Assembly (NCBI GenBank): GCA_947177595.1
Contig: CAMWUZ010000001.1
Location: 1 to 40,822, forward strand
From: an uncultured Porphyromonadaceae bacterium
GTDB lineage: Bacteria; Bacteroidota; Bacteroidia; Bacteroidales; Muribaculaceae
Direction: 5' to 3'
Length of the DNA: 40,822 nucleotides
Position numbers and translations under genes: made by a program. Under the pieces are notes generated by a model, which was not told the DNA's origin, did not search any database, and saw only the letters and a list, made by a program, of their open reading frames with translations. Shown piece after piece: positions 9,778 through 19,811 of the stretch (the first letter of the stretch is position 1; every line of letters starts with the position of its first letter).

Positions 9778-12700
9778 TTAGTTTAAGTATGATGTTCTTT
9801 GTATGTAATAAGTGCCCCCTAAGTATATGAGTGCAAGGTCAAGGGTATCACCCTTATCCATTAGCACCTTGCTGCCCGATAACTCGCCACCGTTGTTGCC
9901 TGTTATCATCCCGGCATCGGAGGAGGACACCGTAGAGCTTGGCGCTTTGTCCTGAGTGCAGACTAAAAACTGATGGCTGCTGTCTTTTGAGCATATTATC
10001 TTTATTGGCACTGCGAAATAATCTGTTGAGGTATGACCCGTCTGAGAGAGCAATTCCTGTCTCTTGGGCAGATACAGACCGGCGTTATTTGAAACCGTGC
10101 TGCTTACTACTATCGTTGTCCCAAAGCTTATGTCTATGATGTTGGTGGCATTATTCCCCAAAGTCATCATATTGCCGCACTCTATCAAGCCTCCGTTCAC
10201 ACGCACTGCACCATCTACCTGTAATCCGACATTCGAAGTGAAATTGTTATCACTCTTTACATATACCGCGGGAGCATACTTCCCGGCTGCTGTCGATGAC
10301 ATCCTTCTGTAAAAATAGGCGGCAATCGTCCCCTCGAGCATAGCGCGGTCACCTTCTGTCAAGCCCGGATTATCCATCATGGGATTGGAGCCGTCACCTA
10401 TCCGGCAGTCTATCCGCGCATACTCGCTGCCGGCGTATGTATAGCACCGCAACAGTTGGATTTTACCGGGGTAAATCCACGCTTTGTTATAGGTATCATG
10501 CGAGTTGTGCAAACCGTTTGAGTCTATCACAAACTCCCCGATATGGGTCGTACCATCAGTATCAACCCTGAATTCACTGTTTATAATTGTTGTCCCTCTA
10601 AGATCTATCTGGTCTGCGGTCAATTTTATTTTACTTGTAACAAAACCGGTTTTCGGGTCGTATTGCACGCTTGTGCTTATATCTGCTTTTGCCAGAACTC
10701 TTCCGTCAAGCGCGACAAACTGAGATGATAGTGAGGTATAATTACTCTCTATTTGTAACTGAGACCTCTCTATCCCCCCGATTTTACTCTCGGCATCGGT
10801 TATTCGGGTTACTAATGCCGTTATGTTATTGGCTGTTTGAGTTATGCTTGATTTGGCAGTCTCCAACTCCCCTTTTAGCGATGTTACGGTGGAACTTATC
10901 TCGTCGGCTGTTATTTTCAGATCGGCTAAGCTCTTTTCTGTCGCAGTTATTTGTTCTGCATATAGGCGTATCTGTTTATCCTGAGCATCCAGAGTTATGC
11001 CGAGATTCGTCACCGTCCCCTCTATGCTGTCGGTCTTTTTCGTGTAAATACTTATAGTCTCATTGGCTGCATTAATCTCTACGCCAAGATCCGTAACAGT
11101 ACCGTTTATCTTATCTACATTCTTACCAAGCAGACTGATACGGTCACTCGTCTGCTCTATCGAGGTGCTGACCTCTTTCTTATAGTCATCAAGAGGGTTA
11201 CTCGTCACCGAAAGCAAGGATATGTAAGCATCTCCGCTATATCCCAGAATAAAATCACCTGTTCCGTTCCACGTACCGCTCCATTTGAGTGTCTGCCACT
11301 CAAGCGAGGATTCCAGCTCTACTGTCACAGGTCCGGGCAATCCGCCGGGGTCAGAGTCTTCGGTCTCGAATCCTATTGTAAGTCTGCCGCCTGTGAGGGG
11401 CAATATCTTGACGCACAGATACAGGGTGTCCCACTTTTCGATTGACGTTCTGTCAGGGTTCAGCTCCGTATGCTTCCCCGGGTCTTTTATATATTCCCGA
11501 TACTGGCGGATGCTGTTATTCTTGAGGTGAAGCATCCCACGCCCCTCATATTCTTCTATCTCGGCTATTCTCCCGTCTGCGATATAGGTATTGCCGTTCA
11601 TCAGAAGGGCTTCGCCGTTACTCGTTATTATCTCCCCCTCGGTATCACTCACTGCCCATCCGGTCATCAGCTCGGTAAAGGTGGCGTTGTACAAGTAGTT
11701 GTCATCCTCGGTAAGCCTGTATTCAAGCGCGCGGAAACGGCTCTCGAATACTCCCCTTAGCATCTCTATCTTGCTGTCAAGGCTCTCGCCGGTTCTGCGT
11801 AGTCTGAAATCGCCTACTGCATACAGGTTGGTAAGAAGCTCACCGAAACCCTCCAGCCAGCCGAATAAATGGTGACGCAACCCGGCAAGGTTGCCTAACC
11901 GCCCTTTCAGGGCATTGTCCGGGTCGGTTTTCAAACCATAGGCTATATCCATATAAGGAGTGCAGCTCCCAACCGTCATGATCTGAATCAAGCCTTTGCG
12001 GTCTGCATCAGTGGCGGAGTCAACGCGGGTAAGGGTATCACCTTTATATATTAGGGATTCCGCATTCAGTCCGCCTACACTTATAAAACCCTCGAACTGT
12101 ACCCAGTCCAGACGTTCCTCACCTGCGGTCATGTCCCCGCTCCCGGCTGCCGTCACTATCAGCTCATAGTGCTTGGTTATATAACCCTCCGCATCCGCCG
12201 CGCCGTTGTATTGCTGCACCATGATATAGTCACCGGCTCTGAAAGGGTTGTACGATTTCCCTCCCTTAGTGTCAATCCATATCTTGCCTGTGGAGGGGTC
12301 GTAATGATCCACCTCCGCCATAGCGGTGAATACCCTGTTGTCGTTCTCACCGAGTAGCTGAGATGCTATCAGGGAGAAGATGCGCAGAGCACCGCGCACC
12401 ACCACCTCATCAAACTCGGCAGTATATTTATCCTCTGCTATACCGAGTGCGTTCAGAACCTTTTTTCTGGTTATACCCCACCCCTTGCCGGTCATGAAAC
12501 CGCTAACAAAGTCTTCGCTGCTCACATTGCCGTGAAATGCCGAGTTACCCTTTACCTCAAGCTCTCCAAGCAACGCCTTGAGCCGGACTATCAGGGAATT
12601 TAATTCGGCATTACCCTCTGAGTCTATTTTTGCTCCGCTAAGCCCTGACTCGTACTCGCCTATCTCAAATCCCTTTACAAACCTTTTTACCTCATCGATA

Positions 12701-13110
12701 TTGTAGGTTTGAGACATACATTTCTCCCACCTGTCCTCTATCCGGCAGCAATAAACATCAAACTCCGTCGGTCCGCCTACTATCGCCCACATACCCACAC
12801 GCGGATGAGGGTGCTCCTTCTTGAGCATCTCCAACGTGTAATAGCGCGCCCCGTATGGATGCAGAAAAAGAGCCGCGCGCAACTCGCCCCCGACCGTCAG
12901 GTTATTGGCAAGAGTCACATCATCGTCAATGAACCGGTGCTCCCTGCACGGATACTCCTCTATTGGAATATCCGTCTCATCGGTAGGAGTATCCGACGGC
13001 AGCGGAGCCACTGTCGTAGGAGTCTCCACTAACTCCTCACGACTAATCTCTACCGACTCATGACTCTCCACTACCGACTCATCCTCATATTTCAGCGGCA
13101 TTTCTATCAT
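9778..13110 (-). CDS. tail fibre/spike protein (1110 aa)
   Basis: Fibre-like repeats (SITQTANNITALV, IKLTADQIDLRG), coiled coil and a Gly/Ser/Asn-rich beta C-terminus. Confidence 0.75.
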   Translation of the reverse strand: MIEMPLKYEDESVVESHESVEISREELVETPTTVAPLPSDTPTDETDIPIEEYPCREHRFIDDDVTLANNLTVGGELRAALFLHPYGARYYTLEMLKKEHPHPRVGMWAIVGGPTEFDVYCCRIEDRWEKCMSQTYNIDEVKRFVKGFEIGEYESGLSGAKIDSEGNAELNSLIVRLKALLGELEVKGNSAFHGNVSSEDFVSGFMTGKGWGITRKKVLNALGIAEDKYTAEFDEVVVRGALRIFSLIASQLLGENDNRVFTAMAEVDHYDPSTGKIWIDTKGGKSYNPFRAGDYIMVQQYNGAADAEGYITKHYELIVTAAGSGDMTAGEERLDWVQFEGFISVGGLNAESLIYKGDTLTRVDSATDADRKGLIQIMTVGSCTPYMDIAYGLKTDPDNALKGRLGNLAGLRHHLFGWLEGFGELLTNLYAVGDFRLRRTGESLDSKIEMLRGVFESRFRALEYRLTEDDNYLYNATFTELMTGWAVSDTEGEIITSNGEALLMNGNTYIADGRIAEIEEYEGRGMLHLKNNSIRQYREYIKDPGKHTELNPDRTSIEKWDTLYLCVKILPLTGGRLTIGFETEDSDPGGLPGPVTVELESSLEWQTLKWSGTWNGTGDFILGYSGDAYISLLSVTSNPLDDYKKEVSTSIEQTSDRISLLGKNVDKINGTVTDLGVEINAANETISIYTKKTDSIEGTVTNLGITLDAQDKQIRLYAEQITATEKSLADLKITADEISSTVTSLKGELETAKSSITQTANNITALVTRITDAESKIGGIERSQLQIESNYTSLSSQFVALDGRVLAKADISTSVQYDPKTGFVTSKIKLTADQIDLRGTTIINSEFRVDTDGTTHIGEFVIDSNGLHNSHDTYNKAWIYPGKIQLLRCYTYAGSEYARIDCRIGDGSNPMMDNPGLTEGDRAMLEGTIAAYFYRRMSSTAAGKYAPAVYVKSDNNFTSNVGLQVDGAVRVNGGLIECGNMMTLGNNATNIIDISFGTTIVVSSTVSNNAGLYLPKRQELLSQTGHTSTDYFAVPIKIICSKDSSHQFLVCTQDKAPSSTVSSSDAGMITGNNGGELSGSKVLMDKGDTLDLALIYLGGTYYIQRTSYLN

Positions 13111-13775
13111 TGCATCAGCTGCTCTGCTATCGTTTTCATTCGTTCAGCCATATCGTTATCTCCGAGACTCATCATCGTGAGATACGCGCTGTAATACACT
13201 ATCGCGGACACAAGTTTGTCGCATAGCTCTATGGTTAGATTTTTTGCGGCATTATCCTCCTTGAATTGAGGTATGGGCAGGTAGCGCGCCTTGCGCAAAG
13301 ATGTGTTATTCACATCGTTGCATGAATAGAACTCAAGTTGCAGTCCCGCCGCACCATGCGTGATTGCTACAACCGGGCGGCTCGGATTCCCGCGCAACCC
13401 TGAAAACGCACTGCTCTGCAGCAGATACTCCGGCGAGTCCTCAGATATAACCTCATTCACGGCTGTATTCCAGCTTGCCATCTGGAAGCACACCAACCGT
13501 AAGAAATCAGCGGGCAGTTTGATGATGCCCGCACCCTTTCCCGGGATGCCGCTAACCCAACCTATCGACCCCGCGAATGCCTTGCCGCTGTCTATAAGAT
13601 GGAGAGGTGCCGCACTCTCAACTATCCTTGCCGCATCCTCTATGGAGTGCTTTATGATTTCGCGAAGGCTGAGAGCATCGGGATTATGCTCCGACACAAG
13701 CGAAGAATCATCCATATTCTCGTCAAGCACAGTCCTTACCCGGTGAACGAGGTATGTATAATCATATGCCCCCAC
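13107..13775 (-). CDS. putative head-tail adaptor protein
   Basis: The track ORF extends to 13889 but overlaps the upstream gene; the in-frame GTG at 13775 is the likelier start. IIKLPADFLRL motif and helical C-terminus resemble adaptor/tail tubular A proteins. Confidence 0.55.
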   Translation of the reverse strand: MGAYDYTYLVHRVRTVLDENMDDSSLVSEHNPDALSLREIIKHSIEDAARIVESAAPLHLIDSGKAFAGSIGWVSGIPGKGAGIIKLPADFLRLVCFQMASWNTAVNEVISEDSPEYLLQSSAFSGLRGNPSRPVVAITHGAAGLQLEFYSCNDVNNTSLRKARYLPIPQFKEDNAAKNLTIELCDKLVSAIVYYSAYLTMMSLGDNDMAERMKTIAEQLMQ

Positions 13776-13786
13776 TGTAACACCCG

Positions 13787-14164
13787 TTAGATTCCAACAA
13801 ACACAATTCCCTGCTCGGCGGCGGCTGCCTTGATCTGCGCTACACTTTTCAGCTTGGTTCGGCTGTAGCCGTACTTGATACAAAGGCATGATTTCGCGTC
13901 TTCAACGCAATTCACATGAATCTCCCTCATTGCGGTTGTAACCACACCCTTTACCGTCTTCCGGGTCTTGTCGGCATCAGCCGTCTCTTTGCTATATAGA
14001 CGGTTGAACGCGGGATGAGACTCCAGACCCTTGATCTCATCATCGCTTTCGGTATAGTAAACGCTACCACCGCCGGTCTTTGGCTTGAAGGCGATATGCT
14101 TGTAGCAACCGCTCGGAAGCATCACATTTATACTTAGATTTGATTTTGCTATATATGTATTCAT
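13787..14164 (-). CDS. hypothetical phage protein downstream of the capsid gene
   Basis: ATG at 14164 (MNTYIAKS...); C-terminal small helical motif (AQIKAAAAEQGIVF). Confidence 0.7.
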   Translation of the reverse strand: MNTYIAKSNLSINVMLPSGCYKHIAFKPKTGGGSVYYTESDDEIKGLESHPAFNRLYSKETADADKTRKTVKGVVTTAMREIHVNCVEDAKSCLCIKYGYSRTKLKSVAQIKAAAAEQGIVFVGI

Positions 14165-14211
14165 ACGCAATTCAATTTTTATGATTCATCATTAAAAAAC
14201 TATATTAAAGG

Positions 14212-14274
14212 AAAGGGGTCTCCCCGCGCTCACACCTCCCCTCATTGTGCAAGTTTTAACGGCTCGACCCCTTT
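14212..14274 (-). terminator. stem-loop downstream of the capsid gene
   Basis: 9-bp inverted repeat AAAGGGGTC (14212-14220) / GACCCCTTT (14266-14274) enclosing 45 nt; T-rich sequence follows on the minus strand. Confidence 0.5.
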
Positions 14275-14323
14275 TATTCTATGTCAGGTTTTAGCCCGAT
14301 AATTCAAAATTTCACATTCGGAA

Positions 14324-15784
14324 TCAGCCCTGAACAACTGAACCTGCTGAGGGCTCGACCACTTCCGGAGCTTTGGCAAGACGCATACGTGCGTGAGCCT
14401 TGGCATAACGCAGATACAGGCACGCTACCTCCTGAATTACCACAGCATTGGTGTTTCTTACACCTGCTTTCTGCAGGTCAAGGATATTACGGCTCCAGCT
14501 CACATGAGTCTTCTTGGTGAGATACTCCGGATCAAGAGCGAAACCGCAGTCACTCATTCCGTTGGCGTCAAACAGCTCATGGTGGATGGTGAGGATTTCA
14601 CCGAAGTCGGTATCCCAGCTCTTGAACTTGAGATTCCAGCACTCTACCGTATCTTTAAGGCGGAACTTCTCGCTCTTTATTTTAGAGAACGCCGAGAGCA
14701 TGTCGCTGCCGCAGAAAAGAATCTTACGTTTGTTGCCGATACCGGTGCCTACAAACAGGTCTTTGGTGATATCTACAAGATCTTCATCCGAAATTACAGC
14801 ACACCCTTTTTCCTTATCCCATTTACCTACCTCGATATCCTTGCCTGCCATATACCAGATGCCCCCGGTAAACCATGTTGCCGCACCATCTTTGGTCGAG
14901 TGGTGCACGCGGTTCTTGACACCCCACATAAAGGTATTTTCCTGAGCGAGTCTCATGTCATAGATACCATCCTCCTCAAGGTCTGAGAACTGCCAGTCGA
15001 TCTCTTTGCCGGCAATGGCATTGAATGTTGACTCCTCAATCTGGATCATGAAGTTCTGGCAATACTGAATCTCGGCGGTCGGAATATTGTTGAAGCGACC
15101 GGTCTGAACATCAAGTTCACCGCAAGCCTTACCCATACGCACCAAAGTGGTGCCGGCGGGAATTGCGGGCACGTTGATGGCGCGACCGTCGGATGCAAGA
15201 TTACCGTTTACCGCATATACTGTCGGCATACTTGTTGAGGCATCTCTGCCGCAAACGCACAGCACAAGGTCGGGAGTATTTTCATCGTTGGGATCGTATG
15301 CCTTGCCGTTGCAATCATACACTCCCTTAACACCCACTACACGGATTGTGTCGTCAAGGGTAAACATCTTGGCATCATCAACGTTCAGAGTGGTGCTCTC
15401 GCCGGAAGTCATGGCGGCTACATCATCGCTCACGGTACAGCTGATGGGGCGAGTGCCTACGCTGTAATACTTCACCTCGAAGCTATCGCTCTTCTGACTC
15501 TTCGCATGGCGGGAAATCTGATCTACAGGCGTAGCCATAGGGCGAATCTTTGTGATTCGCTGGTCTATGTCTTTAGTATAGAACTCAGCATCACCGTCCG
15601 CCCTGCCCTGAGTCTCGGTAGCAATACCCTCTGAGCCGGTAGGTCCGCCTGAATTGGTTATTCCCGCATCGGGAAGGTCAGCGGCTGCCGCCATGCTGAC
15701 TCCGGATGACGCGCCGATAACAAAGGCTACCAATGTCATCAGTGCACTGAGGAAAAATCCTCCGCTTTTCTTCAAAATTTTCAT
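14324..15784 (-). CDS. major capsid protein with hydrophobic N-terminal leader
   Basis: 486 aa; follows a scaffold-like gene and precedes a stem-loop. HK97-like hallmarks (QYCQNF, LAQENTFMWG, FTGGI, TDFGEILTIHHELF). Confidence 0.8.
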   Translation of the reverse strand: MKILKKSGGFFLSALMTLVAFVIGASSGVSMAAAADLPDAGITNSGGPTGSEGIATETQGRADGDAEFYTKDIDQRITKIRPMATPVDQISRHAKSQKSDSFEVKYYSVGTRPISCTVSDDVAAMTSGESTTLNVDDAKMFTLDDTIRVVGVKGVYDCNGKAYDPNDENTPDLVLCVCGRDASTSMPTVYAVNGNLASDGRAINVPAIPAGTTLVRMGKACGELDVQTGRFNNIPTAEIQYCQNFMIQIEESTFNAIAGKEIDWQFSDLEEDGIYDMRLAQENTFMWGVKNRVHHSTKDGAATWFTGGIWYMAGKDIEVGKWDKEKGCAVISDEDLVDITKDLFVGTGIGNKRKILFCGSDMLSAFSKIKSEKFRLKDTVECWNLKFKSWDTDFGEILTIHHELFDANGMSDCGFALDPEYLTKKTHVSWSRNILDLQKAGVRNTNAVVIQEVACLYLRYAKAHARMRLAKAPEVVEPSAGSVVQG

Positions 15785-15830
15785 CTCGTTTCTTTTAATT
15801 GGTTTTGTTAATATTTATGGTTCGTTCAAT

Positions 15831-16610
15831 TCATCGCTTGTTGCGCTTCATGCCGCCGAGTTCCCAGATATTCTTTACACCGCCCGAATAGCGGTTAAGG
15901 GCACCCAGATCTTTTTCAGGAGCGCCTGCGCCACCGTTACGACCGCCCAGCACCGCCGTGCCGTCACCCTTATTGTTCTGACGCAGCTTTATCTCCGCCT
16001 TGCTGTTCTTGCCGCGTATCTCTCCCTCGGTTGATGCTGTTTCTACGTCGGCATCATGATTGATCGCCTTAAATGCCATGTCTATACTCTGCTCGGAAAA
16101 TTTACCCATGATACCGTCGCTTATCACACTCACGAGAAATTCCATCGCATTATCTATTTCCTCATCGCTGAGACCGCGACTCTTCTGATAGCCCGCAAGC
16201 ACCTCCAGCGAAGCCGCGAGATTCTTCTGATAGGTCTCCTCAAGCTCTTTCTCTTTTGCCACGCGCTCCACGAATTCCTTGTTGGCTTCCGCTATCTCCT
16301 CTATGCGCTCGGGATCGTCTATCGCATCTTTTATCTCGGTGCCGAACTGCCTCACCAGCGCAATTGCCGGGTCACCACCTGCACGCCAGTCGGAGAGGAA
16401 CTTTGCGCTTCGGGGATCAGACATAAACATATCCGCAAGCTGCGACTCACGCCCTTTATACTCGTTCAGGGTATTGTCGCTTTCAACGAAATCATCTACA
16501 ATCCTGCCGTACAGCGCTTCCTCATCATCGAAGTTGCTGTCGGGGTACTTCCCTCTCATGCGTTCCAGCAAAAGTTCTTTCTTGCTTTTAGGCTGTTCAT
16601 TATCAGACAT
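15831..16610 (-). CDS. putative capsid scaffolding protein
   Basis: Acidic, helical 259-aa protein with a flexible Gly-rich, basic tail, immediately upstream of the capsid gene. Confidence 0.65.
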   Translation of the reverse strand: MSDNEQPKSKKELLLERMRGKYPDSNFDDEEALYGRIVDDFVESDNTLNEYKGRESQLADMFMSDPRSAKFLSDWRAGGDPAIALVRQFGTEIKDAIDDPERIEEIAEANKEFVERVAKEKELEETYQKNLAASLEVLAGYQKSRGLSDEEIDNAMEFLVSVISDGIMGKFSEQSIDMAFKAINHDADVETASTEGEIRGKNSKAEIKLRQNNKGDGTAVLGGRNGGAGAPEKDLGALNRYSGGVKNIWELGGMKRNKR

Positions 16611-16649
16611 ATCCTCTTACTTTTCTGTTCTTTGAAATATTCTTTTCCA

Positions 16650-16692
16650 CAAAAATAAATATGCCGTGCATCCATGACGTTTTATTTATTAA
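16650..16692 (-). promoter_or_regulatory. head-operon promoter: TTAAT-N3-TAA-N24-TATTTTTG
   Basis: -7 box at 16657-16650. The upstream motif recurs at identical spacing at 22109-22151 and 38832-38874. Confidence 0.65.
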
Positions 16693-16703
16693 CTATCCCT
16701 GGC

Positions 16704-16711
16704 TACCTTTG
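16704..16711 (+). promoter_or_regulatory. -7 box (TACCTTTG) of the rightward regulator-rhomboid-terL operon
   Basis: Consensus TAnnTTTG about 46 nt upstream of the GTG at 16758; divergent from the head promoter. Confidence 0.6.
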
Positions 16712-16757
16712 AATATACCGCTGATTCAACATTCCACACTCAAAATTTAAAATAGCC

Positions 16758-17192
16758 GTGCGCCACAAGGGAGATGAATTTGAATTTAAGAAAGAGAGAA
16801 ATGACGACCTGATGAGAGCATACACATACCAGGTTGGTAAAATGAAAAACATATCGACTGACGAACTCTATATGCGCATTGTCGATATGCCTTCCAAGCG
16901 CTTTTGGGTCTCTCCACGCAGAGCCGCAGTGGTAATATCATCTCTTCTGAAAGGAGGCTCGTTGAAGAATATGGGTAAAGCCAAGAAGCAGATGTACGAA
17001 GAGATTTACAGGCGCGTCATAAGCCTGCGGGCACGATCACCCCACACAGGAATATACGACCTGTGTCGCGTAATTGTGGAACAGCGCGCACCAAAATTCT
17101 ATCTCACACCCGGCTCCGCTGAAGTTATCGTCAGTAGAATACGTAAAGAATGGTTCAGAAAACAACATCAACACTTATGCCGCTTGTCATAG
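16758..17192 (+). CDS. basic DNA-binding protein, candidate late-gene regulator
   Basis: 144 aa, very basic; two internal repeats of a P..F..SP/TP..A helix-turn-helix-like motif (PSKRFWVSPRRA; APKFYLTPGSA). Confidence 0.55.
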   Translation: MRHKGDEFEFKKERNDDLMRAYTYQVGKMKNISTDELYMRIVDMPSKRFWVSPRRAAVVISSLLKGGSLKNMGKAKKQMYEEIYRRVISLRARSPHTGIYDLCRVIVEQRAPKFYLTPGSAEVIVSRIRKEWFRKQHQHLCRLS

Positions 17193-17647
17193 CGGCTGTT
17201 ATAATAGCATTATCGGTAATACCGATAGACATAACCCCGTGGGCATTCTCCGCTCACTCTCCTGTTTATACCAGATTTTCATACCACATTTTCCATGCCT
17301 CGACAGTCCATGCGCTCATAAACGCATGGTGCATAATCTCGGTATGTGTCATGTACAGTGTAAAAAAATCCCGTCTCATTCCCGCATTAATAATAGCCGC
17401 TATCGCACCTGATTTTGTCATTTCAGAGCACACCGTCATCGTAGGGCTGTCGGCTATCTGCTTTGCACTCATCGGCATTGTGCTCACTGAAAACAGACGC
17501 CCCCTCACATCACACATCCGGGTCTTGTTTTTCATAGCTCTCGGACTACCGTTTTCTTCTGTATGCGTCGCGCTCCACCTGTATGCGTTCATTGGCGGAA
17601 TCATATACGGCTTGGTTTTCCTATGCCCCTGCATTAAAGAGACTTAA
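17150..17647 (+). CDS. rhomboid-family intramembrane serine protease-like protein (start may be 17177)
   Basis: Multiple TM helices; FHASTVHALIN (HxxxxHxxxN), VGLSA (GxS catalytic Ser) and LHLYAF (catalytic His). Confidence 0.75.
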   Translation: MVQKTTSTLMPLVIAAVIIALSVIPIDITPWAFSAHSPVYTRFSYHIFHASTVHALINAWCIISVCVMYSVKKSRLIPALIIAAIAPDFVISEHTVIVGLSAICFALIGIVLTENRRPLTSHIRVLFFIALGLPFSSVCVALHLYAFIGGIIYGLVFLCPCIKET

Positions 17648-17661
17648 AACCACACTGATTA

Positions 17662-19752
17662 ATGCAACCTCAGATAGCTGAAATATTAAAAGAGAATGAG
17701 AGGCGGAACAAAGAAAATAACGCCCCGTTCAATCCTATCACCGGGCTTGGCTCTGTAGGGAGTAGAGTGGAACTGCGACTCCCGGACTTCCCTCTGCCTC
17801 TGCAGTTCATACCCTCGGCTATAACTAAGATTCCTTTTGTAGCTAAACTCATCAAGGCGGGGTCGGTGGCAAAGTTCCTGGAAAAACATCTGAAAAGCGA
17901 ACCTTCGCAGGAAAATATAGATGAGGTAGTGAACGCTTTTGTCAGAATGAGAATTAGGCACGACTTCCCCTTTTGGGCGGCACTTTACGTTTATATCCAA
18001 TCCAAAGAACCGGGCGAGGGGGAGATTCTTTTCCGCATCACCCGCCCTCAAAGACGGCTCGTGGACAAACTCGAATCAATGAGGCTCGCCAACAAGCCTA
18101 TCAGATTGGTTCTGCTGAAAGCGCGTCAATGGGGTGGATCCACAGTCACTCAGCTATATATGATGTGGCTGCAGACTGTCCATAAGGTAGGACTCAACTC
18201 CGCTATAGTATCACAAACCAAAAAAACCTCTTTCGCTATCAAGGCTATGTATGACAGAGCGCTCAGGCAATATCCGGTGGAGCTGCTGTACCCCCTCGGC
18301 GCGGCATACGACGCCGATGAGCCCAAAATGGTAAATGTGGGATTGTCGGGAGACTACAAGAAAGTGCCGCAACGAGACTGCACTATAACTATCGCATCCT
18401 ACGAAGCACCGGACGCGCTCAGAGGTGACGCTTACTCTCTGGTGCATTGTTCTGAGGTGGGGCTATGGAGTCCTACTGACAAAAAGTCTCCCGCCTCGGT
18501 GGTTCGCTCGGTGTGTTCCGGAGTGCTCTACCGCCCATACACCATGATTGTATATGAATCCACGGCAAACGGCACCGGCAACTTCTTTCATTCGGAATAC
18601 AACTCGGCAAAGGCTGGAATCTCGCAGTTTGATTCACTATTCGTATCATGGTTCGATATAGACCTCTACTCCGTCCCTATGCCGGAAAAAGATATGGAGA
18701 CCTTTGCCACAGAGCTTTGGGAGAACAGAAACAATCCGGACACACCCAATAAGCGCCGGGATTCCGGGCAATACAACTGGTGGCTATGGCAGCAGGGTGC
18801 AACACTTGAGGGAATAAACTGGTATATTCAGGAAAGAAAAGGTAAGGACTCACATGAGGTAATGGCTTCCGAGTACCCCACAGACGACGTGGAGGCTTTC
18901 GTGCACTCAGGCGCTAATGTATTTGATAAATACAAAGTGGAGGCATTGAAGGCTACTTGCCGCCCGCCACTATGTATCGGAGAAGTCTATGCTGATGCCA
19001 CGGAAGGAGCCTCCGCGCTGAATAATCTGAAATTCACCGAAGACAAACAAGGGCTGCTATATATCTGGGCTATGCCTGAAATCGACCCCGAGGAAATTGT
19101 TAAAAACAGATACCTCACCGTCGTGGATATCGGCGGAAGATCCGCCAAAGCCGACTGGTCCGTTATAGTGGTCTTTGACCGTATGTACATGATTGACGGT
19201 GGAAAACCTTCGGTAGTCGCCCAATGGCGAGGGCACGCCGATCATGACATACTCACTTGGAAAGCGGCACAGATCGCTAAGTTCTATGATACCTCACTAC
19301 TCGTTATCGAGAGCAACACACTCGAGACCAAAGACAAGGAGCGGATGCTCGACGGAGACCAGTCGCTGTTCATCCTTAATCAGCTTGGCAACTGCTACCC
19401 TAACCTGTACATGAGGCAGAAGCCACAGGACAATATCGTTGAAGGGGCACCGATAAAATACGGATTCCACACCAACACCGCAACTAAACCAATGGTTATA
19501 TCAACCCTCATAAAAGCTGTCAGAGAAAACGCATACGTGGAAAGAGACGAACGTTGCCTCCACGAATATAACACTTACGAACAAAAACAAAACGGAACAT
19601 ACGGAGCTGTAAAAGGAGAGCATGATGATATCCTTATGACCCGGGCTATCGGGCTACATATCTGCTTCAACGAAATGCCGCTACCGGTCATAATTCCAAA
19701 ATCCGACATCAGACATTCGTCCCCAAGAATAGTCTCTGCCGCCTCCATATAA
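17662..19752 (+). CDS. terL: terminase large subunit
   Basis: LLKARQWGGST (Walker A), VHCSEVG (Walker B), YESTANG (motif III), and nuclease motifs VDIGG...D and HDDILMTRAI. Confidence 0.93.
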   Translation: MQPQIAEILKENERRNKENNAPFNPITGLGSVGSRVELRLPDFPLPLQFIPSAITKIPFVAKLIKAGSVAKFLEKHLKSEPSQENIDEVVNAFVRMRIRHDFPFWAALYVYIQSKEPGEGEILFRITRPQRRLVDKLESMRLANKPIRLVLLKARQWGGSTVTQLYMMWLQTVHKVGLNSAIVSQTKKTSFAIKAMYDRALRQYPVELLYPLGAAYDADEPKMVNVGLSGDYKKVPQRDCTITIASYEAPDALRGDAYSLVHCSEVGLWSPTDKKSPASVVRSVCSGVLYRPYTMIVYESTANGTGNFFHSEYNSAKAGISQFDSLFVSWFDIDLYSVPMPEKDMETFATELWENRNNPDTPNKRRDSGQYNWWLWQQGATLEGINWYIQERKGKDSHEVMASEYPTDDVEAFVHSGANVFDKYKVEALKATCRPPLCIGEVYADATEGASALNNLKFTEDKQGLLYIWAMPEIDPEEIVKNRYLTVVDIGGRSAKADWSVIVVFDRMYMIDGGKPSVVAQWRGHADHDILTWKAAQIAKFYDTSLLVIESNTLETKDKERMLDGDQSLFILNQLGNCYPNLYMRQKPQDNIVEGAPIKYGFHTNTATKPMVISTLIKAVRENAYVERDERCLHEYNTYEQKQNGTYGAVKGEHDDILMTRAIGLHICFNEMPLPVIIPKSDIRHSSPRIVSAASI

Positions 19753-19759
19753 CTAAAAA

Positions 19760-19806
19760 ACTAACCACTAACGACTAACCACTAACGACTAACCACTAAC
19801 GACTAA
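19760..19806 (+). repeat. tandem repeat (ACTAACCACTAACG)x3 + ACTAA
   Basis: Six heptamers ACTAAC[C/G] in strict alternation filling the gap between terL and the next gene. Confidence 0.95.
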
Positions 19807-19811
19807 AAAAA

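Noticed and set aside
6309-13110. Diversity-generating retroelement target or invertible tail-fibre segment
   Set aside because: No reverse transcriptase, recombinase, TR/VR pair or flanking inverted repeats seen in the window.
13776-13889. N-terminal extension of the 260-aa track ORF
   Set aside because: Overlaps the upstream gene by about 100 nt; GTG at 13775 is the more plausible start.
19760-19806. CRISPR array
   Set aside because: Short tandem heptamers without spacers; no cas genes.
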